Shown: positions 10,666 to 21,845, counted from the stretch's first letter. The stretch is DNA of 64,000 nucleotides from an uncultured archaeon (GCA_963799775.1 CAWCYD010000003.1:1440001-1504000); one strand, 5' to 3'. Made by a program: numbers and translations. The notes: generated by a model from the letters alone, not told the origin.

Positions 10666-11398
10666 CTAGGGCGGGATCAAACGAGGCTTTGAGACGGCCT
10701 CGAATATCGCAAGGGCTCCTTTCGCTGCAAACGGCTCGAGCTCCTTAGCGGGCATGAGCGTGCCCTGCGATTTTATCACGAGGCTGTTGCTGAGCATGAG
10801 TAGGGCGGCCGTCTTGAAGCCTCTCATCAGGCCTAGAGTGAAGAGCGTAGCGCACTCCATCTCCACCGCGATGACGCCCCTGTGGACCCAACGCTCGAGG
10901 GATGCGAGTGGCCTGGGTGTAGAAGGAGTCGCTCGAGAAAACGAGCCCTTCGCGCGACCTGAGCTTCGCCTTCTTGCAAGCCTGAATCAGCCTGTAGGTC
11001 AGGTCGATGTCTGGGACCGCGGGAAGGAAGCCGTCGTCGACGTAGGCTTGCAGCGAGCCTCTGGGGTACGCGGCTCCAGTCGCAATCACGAAATCGCCTG
11101 TCCCAAGGCCCTTGACGAGCGCGCCCGCCGTCCCGAACCTGATTATCGTCTTCGCGCCTAACATGTGCAGCTCCTCGAAGACTATCGAGGCGGAAGGCCC
11201 TCCAATCCCATGCGCGGCGACGGTCAATCGCGTCTTGCCGTAGTAGCCCGTGTAGGTCGTGAAACCCCTGTTCGAGTTGACCAGCTTCGCGTCCTTCAGC
11301 AGCCTTGACAGCTGCTCGACCCTCTCGGGGTCGCCTGAGGTTATTGCTATCTCGGCGATGTCCCCTGGTCCTGCGAGGATGTGGGCCGGGAGATGCAC
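10666..11398 (-). CDS. Purine/uridine nucleoside phosphorylase (PNP_UDP_1); frameshift near 10909
   Basis: GDPERV, HGIGGPS, IIRFGTAG, SSDSFY and VEME motifs. Confidence 0.88.
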
Positions 11399-11560
11399 GC
11401 CGAGCGTGCCAGCGGTCGTGTAATAAATCGTGAAAGTCAACTTGTTTGCTGGAGGGGTCAGCCAAGGCTCAACTCCCTCGAGCGTCCTGGAGGGGCTCCC
11501 GATGGAGGAAGCGGTGGCCGTCGGATTCATAAGCTGAAAAGACCAAAGGAGGTCCCGAAG

Positions 11561-12430
11561 ATGGCGGCCACCAAGCAATCCAGGCCCCAGCGAGCGTCCG
11601 CGAAAGCGAAAGGGACCCCGGAGAAGAAGGGCCGGGAGATCAAGGTCGTCCTCTTCGACTACGGCGGGACGCTCTTCAAGTCCACAAGGCCGTGGCATCT
11701 GGTGAGGGCAGAGGGCCTGGCATCGGCGCACCGCCACCTGACCAAGAACGGCTTGACGATGAGCGTCGAGAAGTTCTCCGAGTTCGGCGACTCGGTATTC
11801 AAAAAGTACCAGGAGCTCGAGACGAAGGAGGACAGGGACATCTCAGACCTGATCAAGTACCAGGAGATAGTAGACGGGCTGCTCCCTCACCTTCCAAGAG
11901 GAACGAGGGCCAGACTTGCGCTGGAGGCGAACAGGGCCTTCTGGGAGACGGCGACCAAGCACTACCTCATACGGAAGGGCGCCCGCCGTGCGCTAGCGAA
12001 GCTAAAGTCCAAGGGGCTTCGGATGGGGGTCGTCTCGAACCACCACGACTACGAGTCTCTGATAAGCCACCTCGAGGCCTCGGGGATAAGGGGCCACTTC
12101 GAGGTCATCCTCGCCTCGGAGAAGGAGGGGGTCAGGAAGCCGAACAAGGCGATCTTTGTAAAGTCGCTGAAGGCGATGCGGGTCGAGAGCGAGCACGCGA
12201 TATTCGTGGGAGACTCTCCGAAGCACGACATAATGGGAGCCCGCGGGGCGGGGATCACCGCCATCCTGATAGACGACGGCGAGCACGGGGACAGGCGGGC
12301 CGCTCTCACGGCGCACAAGGAATCAGGGGAGAGGCCCGACTTTGTGATTGACGACCTGCTCGCACTTCAAGAGATCGTGGACCGGCTCAGAGGGAATTCC
12401 GAAGAGAAAGAGGCGACCGAACGGCAGTAA
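11561..12430 (+). CDS. HAD-superfamily hydrolase (subfamily IA)
   Basis: FDYGGTL, VVSN, RKP, FVGDSPKHDIMGA. Confidence 0.85.
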   Translation: MAATKQSRPQRASAKAKGTPEKKGREIKVVLFDYGGTLFKSTRPWHLVRAEGLASAHRHLTKNGLTMSVEKFSEFGDSVFKKYQELETKEDRDISDLIKYQEIVDGLLPHLPRGTRARLALEANRAFWETATKHYLIRKGARRALAKLKSKGLRMGVVSNHHDYESLISHLEASGIRGHFEVILASEKEGVRKPNKAIFVKSLKAMRVESEHAIFVGDSPKHDIMGARGAGITAILIDDGEHGDRRAALTAHKESGERPDFVIDDLLALQEIVDRLRGNSEEKEATERQ

Positions 12431-12432
12431 CT

Positions 12433-12452
12433 TGTGCCCATTTTCGGGCACA
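12433..12452. terminator. Hairpin just after the HAD stop codon
   Basis: TGTGCCC-ATTTTC-GGGCACA, a 7-bp stem between convergent genes. Confidence 0.4.
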
Positions 12453-12556
12453 TCTCAGACTTGAATTGCTCTTGTCTAAGATTGTTTCTGCCGTTCGTTC
12501 GGTGTATGAGCACGGCGGAGCTCTATTAGACTATGCGAAGATGGTTACCTAGCGAT

Positions 12557-12964
12557 TCAGAGATGGTCGCCGTATGAGCTCGTCGATTGCAGTCGCTGGC
12601 TGAGCTTGTTGCCCAGGGCCCACTTGAAGAAGAACGCCGTGGCCAGGTTGCCCAGCAACATGACCGCAACCACCGCGGCCCCCACCAGCAGCGGCATCCC
12701 CGAGGTGGCGGGGAGGAAGACCTCGATGATGTTCTTGATGCCGTTGTAGATGGGTATCGACTCGAGCGAGAAGCTCCCGAATATCGCGAAGACGACCGCG
12801 TACTGCACTCCCGAGAAGGTCCAGACCACAGCGGTCAGGATGGAAGTGAACTGGACGGGGGTGAACGGGAGCATCAGGAAGGCGAGCATCCCGCAAAAGA
12901 AGGTCCAATGCCTGGAGACGACCCGAGGCGGCTTGATCGCGACAATCGACCGCGACGACGCCAT
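12557..12964 (-). CDS. Hypothetical membrane protein
   Basis: Hydrophobic ORF with TTATAT box upstream. Confidence 0.6.
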   Translation of the reverse strand: MASSRSIVAIKPPRVVSRHWTFFCGMLAFLMLPFTPVQFTSILTAVVWTFSGVQYAVVFAIFGSFSLESIPIYNGIKNIIEVFLPATSGMPLLVGAAVVAVMLLGNLATAFFFKWALGNKLSQRLQSTSSYGDHL

Positions 12965-13108
12965 AGGAATCTACCTGTGAAGTGTTCTGACTCGATATAA
13001 GGCATGTGAAGGCAAACTTCCTGTCTCCAGGCCGAGAACCCATTCCTCAGGAGTCCTAGGGTCACGTCTGCCTGAATTCATATCAAAAATCGGGAGACGA
13101 ATCTGCTC

Positions 13109-13270
13109 ATGAGACTTGAGGCGAGGGGTCGGTCTGCTCTCTCAACTTCGTTTGGGGCGGCCATCGTGATAGCGGTCATCATCATAGTAGGGCTGGCCGT
13201 GTACGCCACACAGTCGGGGAATGGTGCGAGCGGCACTACGTCGTCGCACAGCAGGATCGAGGTCAGTCGT
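13109..13270 (+). pseudogene. Remnant 5' end of a gene with a class III-like signal peptide
   Basis: RGRSALSTSFGAAIVIAVIIIVGLAVY plus S/T linker, then runs into the antisense strand of the response regulator. Confidence 0.4.
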
Positions 13271-13779
13271 CAGAGAGATCTCGGCGGAGACGCCCAGCCT
13301 CCGTGCGTTGCGCCCTCTATGGCTCGGGCGAGCTCCGCTGAAGAGAACGGTTTTTGGAGGAAGCCGAGCCCTGCGGCGACTGCTTCGTCCCTTGCCGTGT
13401 CGTCCGCAGTGACGATGATCACCCTAGTCTCTGGCCCCAGACGGAGTATCTCTTGAGCCGCTTGGATCCCGTTCATCACGGGCATCCTATAGTCCATGAG
13501 CACTAGCTCCGGCCTGACCCCGCCTTCGCGGAAGGCCTTCACTATCTCTTCGCCATCGTGCGCCTGAAACTCGACGCGATGGCCCATGCTTACCACGAGG
13601 AGCGAGAGCAACGAGAGGAGCTCATCGTCATCCTCGACAATCGCTATCTCGCGTCCGTGATGTTGGGTCTCAGAGACCGTCCTTGCCTCGTTCCTCGGTC
13701 CGTCTCTGCGGGCTTCCGACGGGCCGCCGTCCCGTCCCCTGCGGACGGGATCCCTCGTCGGGGACCCGAGCACTGTCAT
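13270..13779 (-). CDS. Stand-alone response regulator receiver
   Basis: IVEDD, LMDYRMP.MNG, VTA, LQKPF; ATG overlaps the kinase TGA. Confidence 0.88.
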   Translation of the reverse strand: MTVLGSPTRDPVRRGRDGGPSEARRDGPRNEARTVSETQHHGREIAIVEDDDELLSLLSLLVVSMGHRVEFQAHDGEEIVKAFREGGVRPELVLMDYRMPVMNGIQAAQEILRLGPETRVIIVTADDTARDEAVAAGLGFLQKPFSSAELARAIEGATHGGWASPPRSL

Positions 13780-16096
13780 CAACCTTGAGGAAGCCATAGC
13801 TCTATCCTAGCCCCCTGTTTGTAGTCGCCTTCCACTCTGTCCGACATCTTCACCCGTCCGGCGTAGCGCTCCACCGCAAGCGCATAGACGATCGAGAGAC
13901 CGAGGCCTGTCCCGCTCGCTCCCTTCAGGTATCGTGTGAAGAGTTTGCCCTTGATAGTGTCAGGGACCCGCTTCCGTGGTCTGAAATCGATACCTTCCAG
14001 AATCGACCTGGCCTGTCCTCGAGCGACGCCGCCTCCACGCTCACTTCGAGCGGGACCTTCTTGCCCTCAGTGTGATTTATCGAGTTGGAGAGCACGTTCG
14101 TGAACACCTCCTCGAGCATCTCGTCGGCGACGACCCGCGCGTCCTTCTTCAGCACGAGCGAGGGCGCTATCGACTTTTCCGGATGGGCTGCGGTCATGAG
14201 CGCCATCGAATTCCTGATCGCCTCGCTCAGGTCGACTGATGCGAGATGGAGTTCCTCCTGCGACATTATCCTCCCTAGCTTCTTCGCCTTGTCCGTCAGC
14301 TTGCCCGAGCCTTCGGTCGCCTTTAGGATGGAGTCGATCAAGCCGTTCGCATCGCCGAGGGCCTTGAGGTCGGCGTCGAGCTCCGTCCTTGCGCGCTCGG
14401 CTCCGGCCTCGGCGTCGCTGGAAGCAGGGCGCGAACTCTCTATCGCCGAGAGCGCGTCCTCGACCCGGCTCACCTTCCCATCCAGGCTGCTCTTGAGAAG
14501 CTCGGCGCTCAGCTTTGAGATCTGGTTGTAGTTCCTGATGTCGTGCGCCAGGATGTCCTGCAAGAGCTCGGCGGTCCTTCTGCTCTTCTTCTCCCTGTGG
14601 AGCGCGTTCTCCAAAAGCGACTTGAGCTCTACCTCCTCCCACATTCGCTCGAAGAATCGAATGTTGGCCAAGACGGTGGAGTTCCGAGTGGAGAACGTCG
14701 CGTCGCCGATCGCGCTCTCGAACTCCGCCTGCGTCTGGTCCTTCTCTTCGACAACAAGGGAGGCCACCCTGTCGATGACCAAGATGGTGACCGTGTTCGG
14801 AATCACGGCCTCCGAGATGTTCCTGAATCTCAGGGGGGAACCGTCTATCGACGAGAGATCCTCCATCGCCGAGAGGGCCTTCGCCACCGATGGGTCCACC
14901 GGGGTGAGCACCCGGGCCCGGGCCCCATGGCTCAGCGCCTTCTCTATCGCGGCTATCGCGCCTATCTTCTCCAGTCTGTGGAAGGCGTTCGTCGTCGGAA
15001 GAAGAAGCAGGATCTCGCTCCTCGAATGGTCGATCTGCTCGAGGAACACCTCACGCACCCTAGACCTGTCCCTGAACACGCGCAACCTTGGAGGCTCGAT
15101 TCCGCTCTCGACCTGGGCTATAGCGTCTTCCAGCGGAACCGCGTTCTCCCAGAACATGTCGAAGACGGCAGCGACCCACTCCACCATCTGGACGTCGGTC
15201 GAGATCAGTCCGGACAAGGCCACCTCCACCGAGTCGGAGCCCGGGTTCTCGGGGTATTGCTCGATGAGTCCCATCCCTCTCCTGTCGTAGATTCCAATGG
15301 CGAGCTTGAAGCGTTCTCGAGAGGCGGGCCTTCGGACCTCCACGTCCTTCTTGTGCAGACGCCTCACGAGCTCGATTTCATCTCTGGAAAACCTCGCCAA
15401 GATCCTCGCCGTCGCGCTGACCGCCTGGGCTTTCGCAGCTACCCGCTCGAAGAACTCCATGTTCCGCTTCAACCCGTCTTCGGTGGGAACGAAGATGAGA
15501 GCCTCGTCCTTCATCTCTTTAACGAACTTGTTCGCGGACTCGAAGATCTCCCGGCTGCTGAAAGTGAGCCTAGTCTCTCCGGGTTGCATCTGTTTCTGCA
15601 GTTGCTTGAACCTGATTCTGGCCGGTATGCCCTTCTCCCAGAGGACGTCGAACATGAACTGGCTCTCGTCGACGATTTCAGGGATGTTGCTGTGGATGAT
15701 CTCAGGGATCTCGGAGCTCCTGGGACGAGACGAAGAGCTCCGGATGTAGTCGCCGTCGGTCACAGAGAAGTTCCCCCGGACGCTGTCAAGGTGCCTGATC
15801 TCGATTGGAAGGGACGTCAGATTTCGACAGAGGCCCGAGTTGCGCCCAGTGATCTCTGTGATCAGCCTGAGCCTCACACCCCGTGCGATGGCTGCTCGTG
15901 CAAGCTCGGGATACTCCCCTTGCCCGAACCGGGCCAGCGCGTCTGGCTCGACCAGCGAGGAGATGTGCTCCGTCGCTCTCTCGATCGAGTCCCTGACCAG
16001 GGCCCTCACTTCGTCTTGCCCACGGACGATCTCCGTGAGGCTGGCGCCGCCTGCTTGCTGCCTGCGAAGTTGCCCTCGATGACCTGCGCGTGGCAA
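13779..16096 (-). CDS. Cytoplasmic sensor histidine kinase with repeated TrmB-like input domains; frameshift near 13968
   Basis: H-box ILAHDIRN, N-box NVLSNS, DHGSG(V)P, GTGLGL in the shifted frame; repeated F..LW..A/G.P segments; no TM helix. Confidence 0.88.
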
Positions 16097-16377
16097 ACGC
16101 TTACGGTCCCCAGTCGCCCATTTGGCCTAATAAGGCCCTATAGAAGATTCTTCTGATTTTGCAATAAGTGTTCTTGGAAGGCGGGGCAGCCCTCAAGTCC
16201 CACGCCTCCGGAGAGGGCGAGAACACGCCCCTGTTTGTTGCGGCTACCATCGCGCAAATCACCGGTTGGGCCTTCATGCTCAAGTGGTTGCTCAACAAAT
16301 GACGGCTCTGACGGGGCACGCGCTCCTTCCCGAAAAGATTCATTAGCAGACCAAAGGTTCATCCGGCTGCCGGCGCA

Positions 16378-16918
16378 TTGATCCCAAAGCAACTCTTCCT
16401 CACAAAGGGCGTCGGCACACACAAGGAAAAGCTCCAGTCCTTCGAGCTCGCGCTGAGGGACGCGGGGATCCAGCACTGCAACCTCGTCCAGGTCTCGAGC
16501 ATCGTCCCCGTGGGCTGCAAGGTCATCCCGAAGGAGAAAGGGCGGGTGATGCTCACGCCAGGCGAGGTGACCTTCGTGATGCTAGCGAGGAACTCGACGC
16601 GCGAGCCGAACCGGCTGGTCGCGGCAGCGGTCGGGTTGGCCATCCCCTCGACGAAGACCTACGGCTATATCTCGGAACACCACGCCTTCGGACAGACGGA
16701 GGACACGGCCGGAGACTACGCCGATGGACCTGGCAGCGACCATGCTCGCCACCACGATGGGCATCCAGTTCAACCCGACGACGGCTCGGCGGGAGAGAGA
16801 GCAGCTCTTCAAGTCGAGCGGTATGATAATCAGGACGTCGCACGTGGCTCAATCCGCCGAGGGCGACAAGAACGGGCTTTGGACTTCGGTCGTCGCGGCC
16901 GCGGTGCTCATCCCGTAG
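16378..16918 (+). CDS. pdaD: Pyruvoyl-dependent arginine decarboxylase; frameshift at 16725
   Basis: [22 protein letters not shown] (Ser-Ser cleavage site), [17 protein letters not shown]. Confidence 0.88.
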
Positions 16919-16989
16919 AGTTCTTGTGGCTCAAACGCCGAACTCTCGCCAGGCTTAAATTGCTCAGCGGGGCCTGAAGGCCTCGCCCC

Positions 16990-17733
16990 TTGCTGCCTCT
17001 AGCCGCCTACTACGACGACTTTGTCCAGGTGGCCCTGACGGGGATCTCCGCAGCGATCCTCGTCGTCTCGGTCAACGCCTACCGGAGACGGCGCGAGGGG
17101 AGATACCTGCTCCTCATGCTCGCGTTCGCGTTCCTCTTCGTGGCCTCGCTGGGCACGACGGCCCTCTCCGTCTTTGCCGGGGCGAGGCCTGCGACCTTTC
17201 AGATGGTCGAGCTCTACGTCATCCCGTCCGTCGAGCTGCTGATGGGGGTGAGCTTCCTCGTCGCCCTCCTGTGGTCATCCGGGAAGAGGAGGAGGGCGGA
17301 GACGGCTTTCGCGGCCACCGTGGTCGCGGTGGTCCTCGTCGCCTCGATGGCCTACGTCTCAGGGCCGAGCTCGACTACGCTGGCGCCGCTTCCAGTCGGA
17401 TGCGCGAGGCCAGCCTCAGGTTTCCTCATCGTCGGGAGTTCGCTCGGCTACAACGACAGCATCCTGCACGGCGCTCCTACCAAGCCCTGGCCCATCCTCG
17501 ACGTCAACAAAGGGTCGGAGGTGACGATAACCGTCTGCAACGCGTACACGGCCCCGCTCGGCTTCCAGGTGGCGCACTACTTTGACGACAAGGTCGAGTC
17601 CATCAACCCTGGCCAGTCGATCACTGTGAGCTTCCTTGCAGACGAGACCGGGACTTTCCTCATCTACTGCTCCATCTTCTCTCCGATCCACACTTACCTC
17701 CAAGGCGGGCAGGTGAACGTCGTCCCCGCATGA
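16990..17733 (+). CDS. 4-TM membrane protein fused to a C-terminal cupredoxin-fold domain
   Basis: AYRRRREGRYLLL TM module; INPGQSITVSFLADETGTFLIYCSIFSPIH. Confidence 0.7.
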   Translation: MLPLAAYYDDFVQVALTGISAAILVVSVNAYRRRREGRYLLLMLAFAFLFVASLGTTALSVFAGARPATFQMVELYVIPSVELLMGVSFLVALLWSSGKRRRAETAFAATVVAVVLVASMAYVSGPSSTTLAPLPVGCARPASGFLIVGSSLGYNDSILHGAPTKPWPILDVNKGSEVTITVCNAYTAPLGFQVAHYFDDKVESINPGQSITVSFLADETGTFLIYCSIFSPIHTYLQGGQVNVVPA

Positions 17734-17749
17734 CGGAGACGAGACGGGC

Positions 17750-18263
17750 TTGAACCTGCAGAACCCCAACAGGGAGAGGGCGAAGATGATGGTCTCGCTC
17801 TCGCCCGGGATCCACCTTCGGAGGCTCCAGAAGCTGCTCGGGACGTCATTCAGCACGACACGATATCACGTGGAGAGCCTCCTCCGTGAGGGGGAGATCG
17901 TCTCCTCGAAGGAGGGGCGATACCAGAGGCTCTACCCCGTGGGGACGGCCGACGCGTCGAGGGCGACGTTCGCGGTCCTCCAGAGCAAGACGGCGAGGAA
18001 GGTCCATGGGAGCGCTCGCGGGCGCCCAGGGAGAGCTGAGGAACGGGAGCCTGTGCAAGGTCGTCAAGATGCCCAGGAGCACGGTCAGCGAGCACACCTC
18101 GCTGCTGAGCAGGGCGGGGCTCGTGACGCGCAGGATCAGCCCGGAGGGGTACGCCACCTATGGGATAGGGGACAGGCAGCAGACGTTGGAGCTCCTCGCC
18201 GTGTTCGAGAGGAACCTCCTCGAGATAGCGACCGACAGGTTCACGGACCTCTGGGACATCTAG
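17750..18263 (+). CDS. Double winged-HTH regulator, paralog of 2144..2664; frameshift at 18006
   Basis: SPGIHLRRLQKLLGTSFSTTRYH; PRSTVSEHTSLLSRAGLV. Confidence 0.8.
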
Positions 18264-18499
18264 GAAGGAGGCGGTCCCTTGGCGAGGAGCTCTGCGACCT
18301 CCTTGACCCACTGGCCCGTCTCCTTGGTCTCCCTGATCTTCCGCAGGTAGTCGCTCCACGCCATCTGGCCATAGGCCTCGCTCCACTTCTTGTAGCCCGA
18401 CTCGAGGTTGCGCTTCGCCGAGAGGTGGTAGGTGCAGAGGTCGGACGCGGGGGCTCGCTCCCTCTTGCAGAGGACGCAGGTGGACATGCGAGGGGTCAT
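18260..18499 (-). CDS. Small zinc-binding protein
   Basis: CVLC...LCTYH...W..AYG...W.DYL...TGQWV; coupled to the peptidase stop codon. Confidence 0.65.
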   Translation of the reverse strand: MTPRMSTCVLCKRERAPASDLCTYHLSAKRNLESGYKKWSEAYGQMAWSDYLRKIRETKETGQWVKEVAELLAKGPPPS

Positions 18500-19591
18500 C
18501 AGATCTCTATGAGATCCTTGGAGGCGCTCGTCAGCGGCCTGCAAGAGGTCTTCGTGACCACGACGTCGTCCTCTATCCTCACCCCGCCCTCTCCCGGGAG
18601 GTAGACCCCCGGCTCGACTGTCATCACCATGTTCCTCGCGAGCTTGGTCGTGCTCTTCAGTCCGAGGCCCGGCCCGTCGTGCACCTCCAGGCCAAGCGAG
18701 TGACCGAGCCCGTGGGTGAACCTTCCCTTGAACTCGCTCTTGTCGATGACCCTGGCAGCCACCATGTGGACGTCGCGGCCGCTGGCCCCCTCCCTGATGG
18801 CCCCGATCGCCTTGGTCTGGGCTTCGAGTACCTTGGAGTAGGCCCTTCTCTGCCTCTCTTTCGCGCGTCCGAAGAAGTATGTCCTTGTGATGTCTGAGCA
18901 GTAGAGGTGGAACCTGGCGCCGACGTCGACCAGGATGTTGTCTCCGATGTGCAGGCGCCTCTCGCCCGGAGTGTAATGCGGGAAGGCAGAGCTCTCGCCG
19001 AAGGCGACGATGCTCTCGAATGACGGCGAGTCGGCCCCTTTCTCCACGATGTCGTGGTCTATCTGGGCCTCCAGCGCCCTCTCTGTCATCCCCTCCTCCA
19101 CGAGTTCGGGGCACCTCGTCCACGACGTCCGAGATCATCCGCGAGGCCTCCGAGATTGCCCGGAGCTCGTCGGGGTCCTTGATCATCCTAGACTTCAGGA
19201 GCGCATCGGAGACGTCTACCAGCTCCTTGCCTCGGAGAAGCTCGCTGAGAGATTGGAAGTCCTTGTGCGTGACGCCGCCGAAGTTGACGCCGACCCGTCT
19301 CGTCCCCTTCAGGATCGAGGAGACCATCCGTCGGCGCTCCAGGCGGTCTTCGACCCTCTCGACGTGGACGACAAAGTCCTCCCTCTGCCGGGCCGCCTGC
19401 TCCTCGAGCGGGTTGGTCAGGACCTCGACGCGGGAGTCCGGGAAGAGGAAGAGGAGGTTGCGCTCGAAGAGGCCGCTCCTGTATCCGGAGACGTAGAAGA
19501 AGTTCGGGTCCGGGTGGTCCCCGTTCGCTATCACGACCGCGTCGAGCTCTCCCCGCGCGTTCGCGAATATCCGGCGCAGGCGGTTCTCCAA
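18499..19591 (-). CDS. Xaa-Pro peptidase (M24B); frameshift near 19110
   Basis: VDVGA, YCSDITRT, HGLGHSLGLEVHD, TVEPGVY, GGVRIEDD. Confidence 0.9.
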
Positions 19592-19599
19592 CTTTTTCC

Positions 19600-20364
19600 C
19601 TACTTCAGGTCTTCCATCTGGCTCCCTTCCCTCAGGAGGGACAAGAGGAGCTCGAGGTAGTCCACCAGCTTGTCGTGGAATGTCTCCTCGTCCCATTTGG
19701 TGTCTGCGTCTGTCAGGAACTCTTTGATCTCCTCGTACCTCTCCAGCGCCTTCCTCCCCATCTGCTCGCAGAGCTTCCTCTCCTTGGTCGCGATCTCCTT
19801 GGCGGAGGGGTCGCCCGTCTTGACGAGGTGGTGCCTCTCCATCGAGGCGACGGCGAAGGCGTTCCTCGCCAGCGCAGCGGCGTCGGCGAGTGGGTATCCA
19901 GACGGCGACTCTGTGAGCCAGCCCGAGAAGAAGCCCCTCGCCCTGATGCTCTCCGACTCCTCCATGGCCGCGAAGACGATGTCGTCGACCAGGACGTTCT
20001 GGAGGTGGTTGAAGCCCTCGACCAAGTATCCCGTCTCCCTCTCGTTGAGGCCCTCCCTCTTGCTGAACTCCGTGATTATCGCGTTAGTGACCTTGAACTT
20101 GTGCGAGGGCGAGCGCCTCTCGGTGTGGTAGATGTGGGCCAGTTCGTGGAAGAGGAGGCCGCCGAGCATGTCCGAGTGGAGGGCCCATTCCGCTATCACG
20201 ATGTGCTGGATGCCCTCCTCCTCGCTCGCGTACCCCATGATGTCCAGCTTGGGGTCGACGAGGAGGCGGACCTTCGAGCGGATCGGGTAGCCCGCCTTTG
20301 CCACCCGCGTCATGGCCCAGTCGAGCTCCTCCTGGAGCGAGCGGTCGCCTTTAGAGAGGGACAA
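19600..20364 (-). CDS. Putative zinc metalloprotease-like protein (DUF5781-like)
   Basis: HELAH (HEXXH) followed by SPSH and N...D...DD. Confidence 0.6.
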   Translation of the reverse strand: MSLSKGDRSLQEELDWAMTRVAKAGYPIRSKVRLLVDPKLDIMGYASEEEGIQHIVIAEWALHSDMLGGLLFHELAHIYHTERRSPSHKFKVTNAIITEFSKREGLNERETGYLVEGFNHLQNVLVDDIVFAAMEESESIRARGFFSGWLTESPSGYPLADAAALARNAFAVASMERHHLVKTGDPSAKEIATKERKLCEQMGRKALERYEEIKEFLTDADTKWDEETFHDKLVDYLELLLSLLREGSQMEDLK

Positions 20365-20388
20365 TCTGGGTGCGGTCCCTGGTGCGCT

Positions 20389-20785
20389 TTACTTTAGAGG
20401 GACGTAGAGACTCGAGCGGCTAGCGCCTATTCCAGGCGTGCCGTGGACTACTTTCTTGTTTGTGATCGCATATTCTCCGAGGTAGTGGCCGATCATCTCT
20501 GGCTTGACCAGGATGGGGAGGAACTCCTTGCCCGTGTAGACGCCGATCGTCGCGCCGATCATGACGGGGAGGACTATCATGTCCCTGGCGTGCGTCTTGA
20601 TTTGGCCCTCCAGATGTCCTTCCTTCTGGGCGCGGACGTCCTCGAGGACACTTCCTCTTGTCGTCGGAGATGCCCCTGTTCAGGGAGCGCCTAGCTCTCG
20701 ACGGGAGCAGCTCGAGGATGGCCTCGGTGCTCATCCCGTTGAGCTGCTCGACCGTGTATCCTCTGTAGTGGAACTCTTTCGGCAT
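20389..20785 (-). CDS. rps19: 30S ribosomal protein uS19; frameshift at 20650
   Basis: [45 protein letters not shown]. Confidence 0.95.
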
Positions 20786-20805
20786 GGGTCTCTTGGGTCT
20801 CCCCT

Positions 20806-21570
20806 CTACCTCTCCTTAACCTCGACGGTGGTCCTCGCCAGCCTCTTCCTGCCCGTCTTCCTGGGTGCGATGAGGCCCACCTTCCTGCCTGGGGGTGCGT
20901 TCCTCGAGGTGCTGGTCGACTTGCCGGGGTGCTGGTGCCTGCCCCCTCCGAACGGGTGGTAGACGACCGCCATGGCGATGCCTCTCATCCTCGGGTAGGG
21001 TCGCCCTTCCGCGCGCATCGCGTGGTGCCTGGGGCCTGCCCTGAGGAAGGGCTTCTCCTTCCTTCCGCCTCCGGCGATCTCGCCTATCGTCGCCCTGCAC
21101 TCCTCGTTAATCAGCATGCTCTTGCCGCTCGGGAGCCTGACTATCGCCTTGCCCTCCCCCTTTGAGAAGAGGACGGCGGAGCCGCCCGCGGCCCTGACGA
21201 GCCTCCCGCCGTCGCCTGCGGCGAGCTCGATGTTGGAGATCCTCGTGCCTTCTGGGATCTTCTTCAGAGGTAGGATGTTCCCGTTGGCGACCGCAGCGTC
21301 AGGCCCGAGATGGATCTCGGCCCCCACCGACATGCCTGAGACCGCCGGGATGTAGGAGACGGGCCCGTGCTCCCCGCCCGATTGGAGCTGTGCGAGGGGC
21401 GCGCTCCTCCCCTTCTCGTCCAGGAGCGCCTTGATCGTGAGGCTTCCGCCGTTCTTTGACCCCTGGGGGCTGATCATGGGGTAGCGGACCGGTGCGATCT
21501 TCCCCCTCGGGGAGACGCGCCACTGGATGCCGCCCTTGCCGCGTCTTCGCTGAAGGATTCTCTTTCCCAT
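20806..21570 (-). CDS. rpl2: 50S ribosomal protein uL2
   Basis: MGKRILQRRRGKG, HPFGGGRHQH, PPGRKVG. Confidence 0.97.
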   Translation of the reverse strand: MGKRILQRRRGKGGIQWRVSPRGKIAPVRYPMISPQGSKNGGSLTIKALLDEKGRSAPLAQLQSGGEHGPVSYIPAVSGMSVGAEIHLGPDAAVANGNILPLKKIPEGTRISNIELAAGDGGRLVRAAGGSAVLFSKGEGKAIVRLPSGKSMLINEECRATIGEIAGGGRKEKPFLRAGPRHHAMRAEGRPYPRMRGIAMAVVYHPFGGGRHQHPGKSTSTSRNAPPGRKVGLIAPRKTGRKRLARTTVEVKER

Positions 21571-21577
21571 TTCTATT

Positions 21578-21845
21578 CTACACCAATCCGAGCTTCGTCG
21601 CCAGTTCGGTGGCCGAGTTCTCTGGGACGAGGCGGACGAAGGCCTTCTTCCCGCCGATCCACCTCAGGGTGTTGACGTCTCTGACCTTGACGTCGTAGAG
21701 CGCCTCGACGGCGCTTGCGATCTGCGACTTGGACGCCTTGTCCTCGACTACGAAGCAGATCTTGTTCTCGCGGGCTATCTGGTCGAAGGTCCATCTCGGT
21801 GATGAAGGGCCTGACTATGAGCTTCTGTGCGTCCTCAAGCCTCAA
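21578..21845 (-). CDS. rpl23: 50S ribosomal protein uL23; frameshift at 21793
   Basis: Corrected frame: PFITERTFDQIARENKICFVVEDKASKSQIASAVEALYDVKVRDVNTL..GKKAFVRL. Confidence 0.92.

Noticed and set aside
14543-16156. Long antisense ORFs (e.g. 537 aa here, also 27954..28793 and 63226..63999)
   Set aside because: Shadow ORFs of GC-rich genes on the opposite strand
20389-21845. rps19 and rpl23 (and other split genes) as pseudogenes or programmed frameshifts
   Set aside because: These are essential genes, single-base fixes restore them, there are no slippery heptamers, and the shared GGNCC context points to sequencing error
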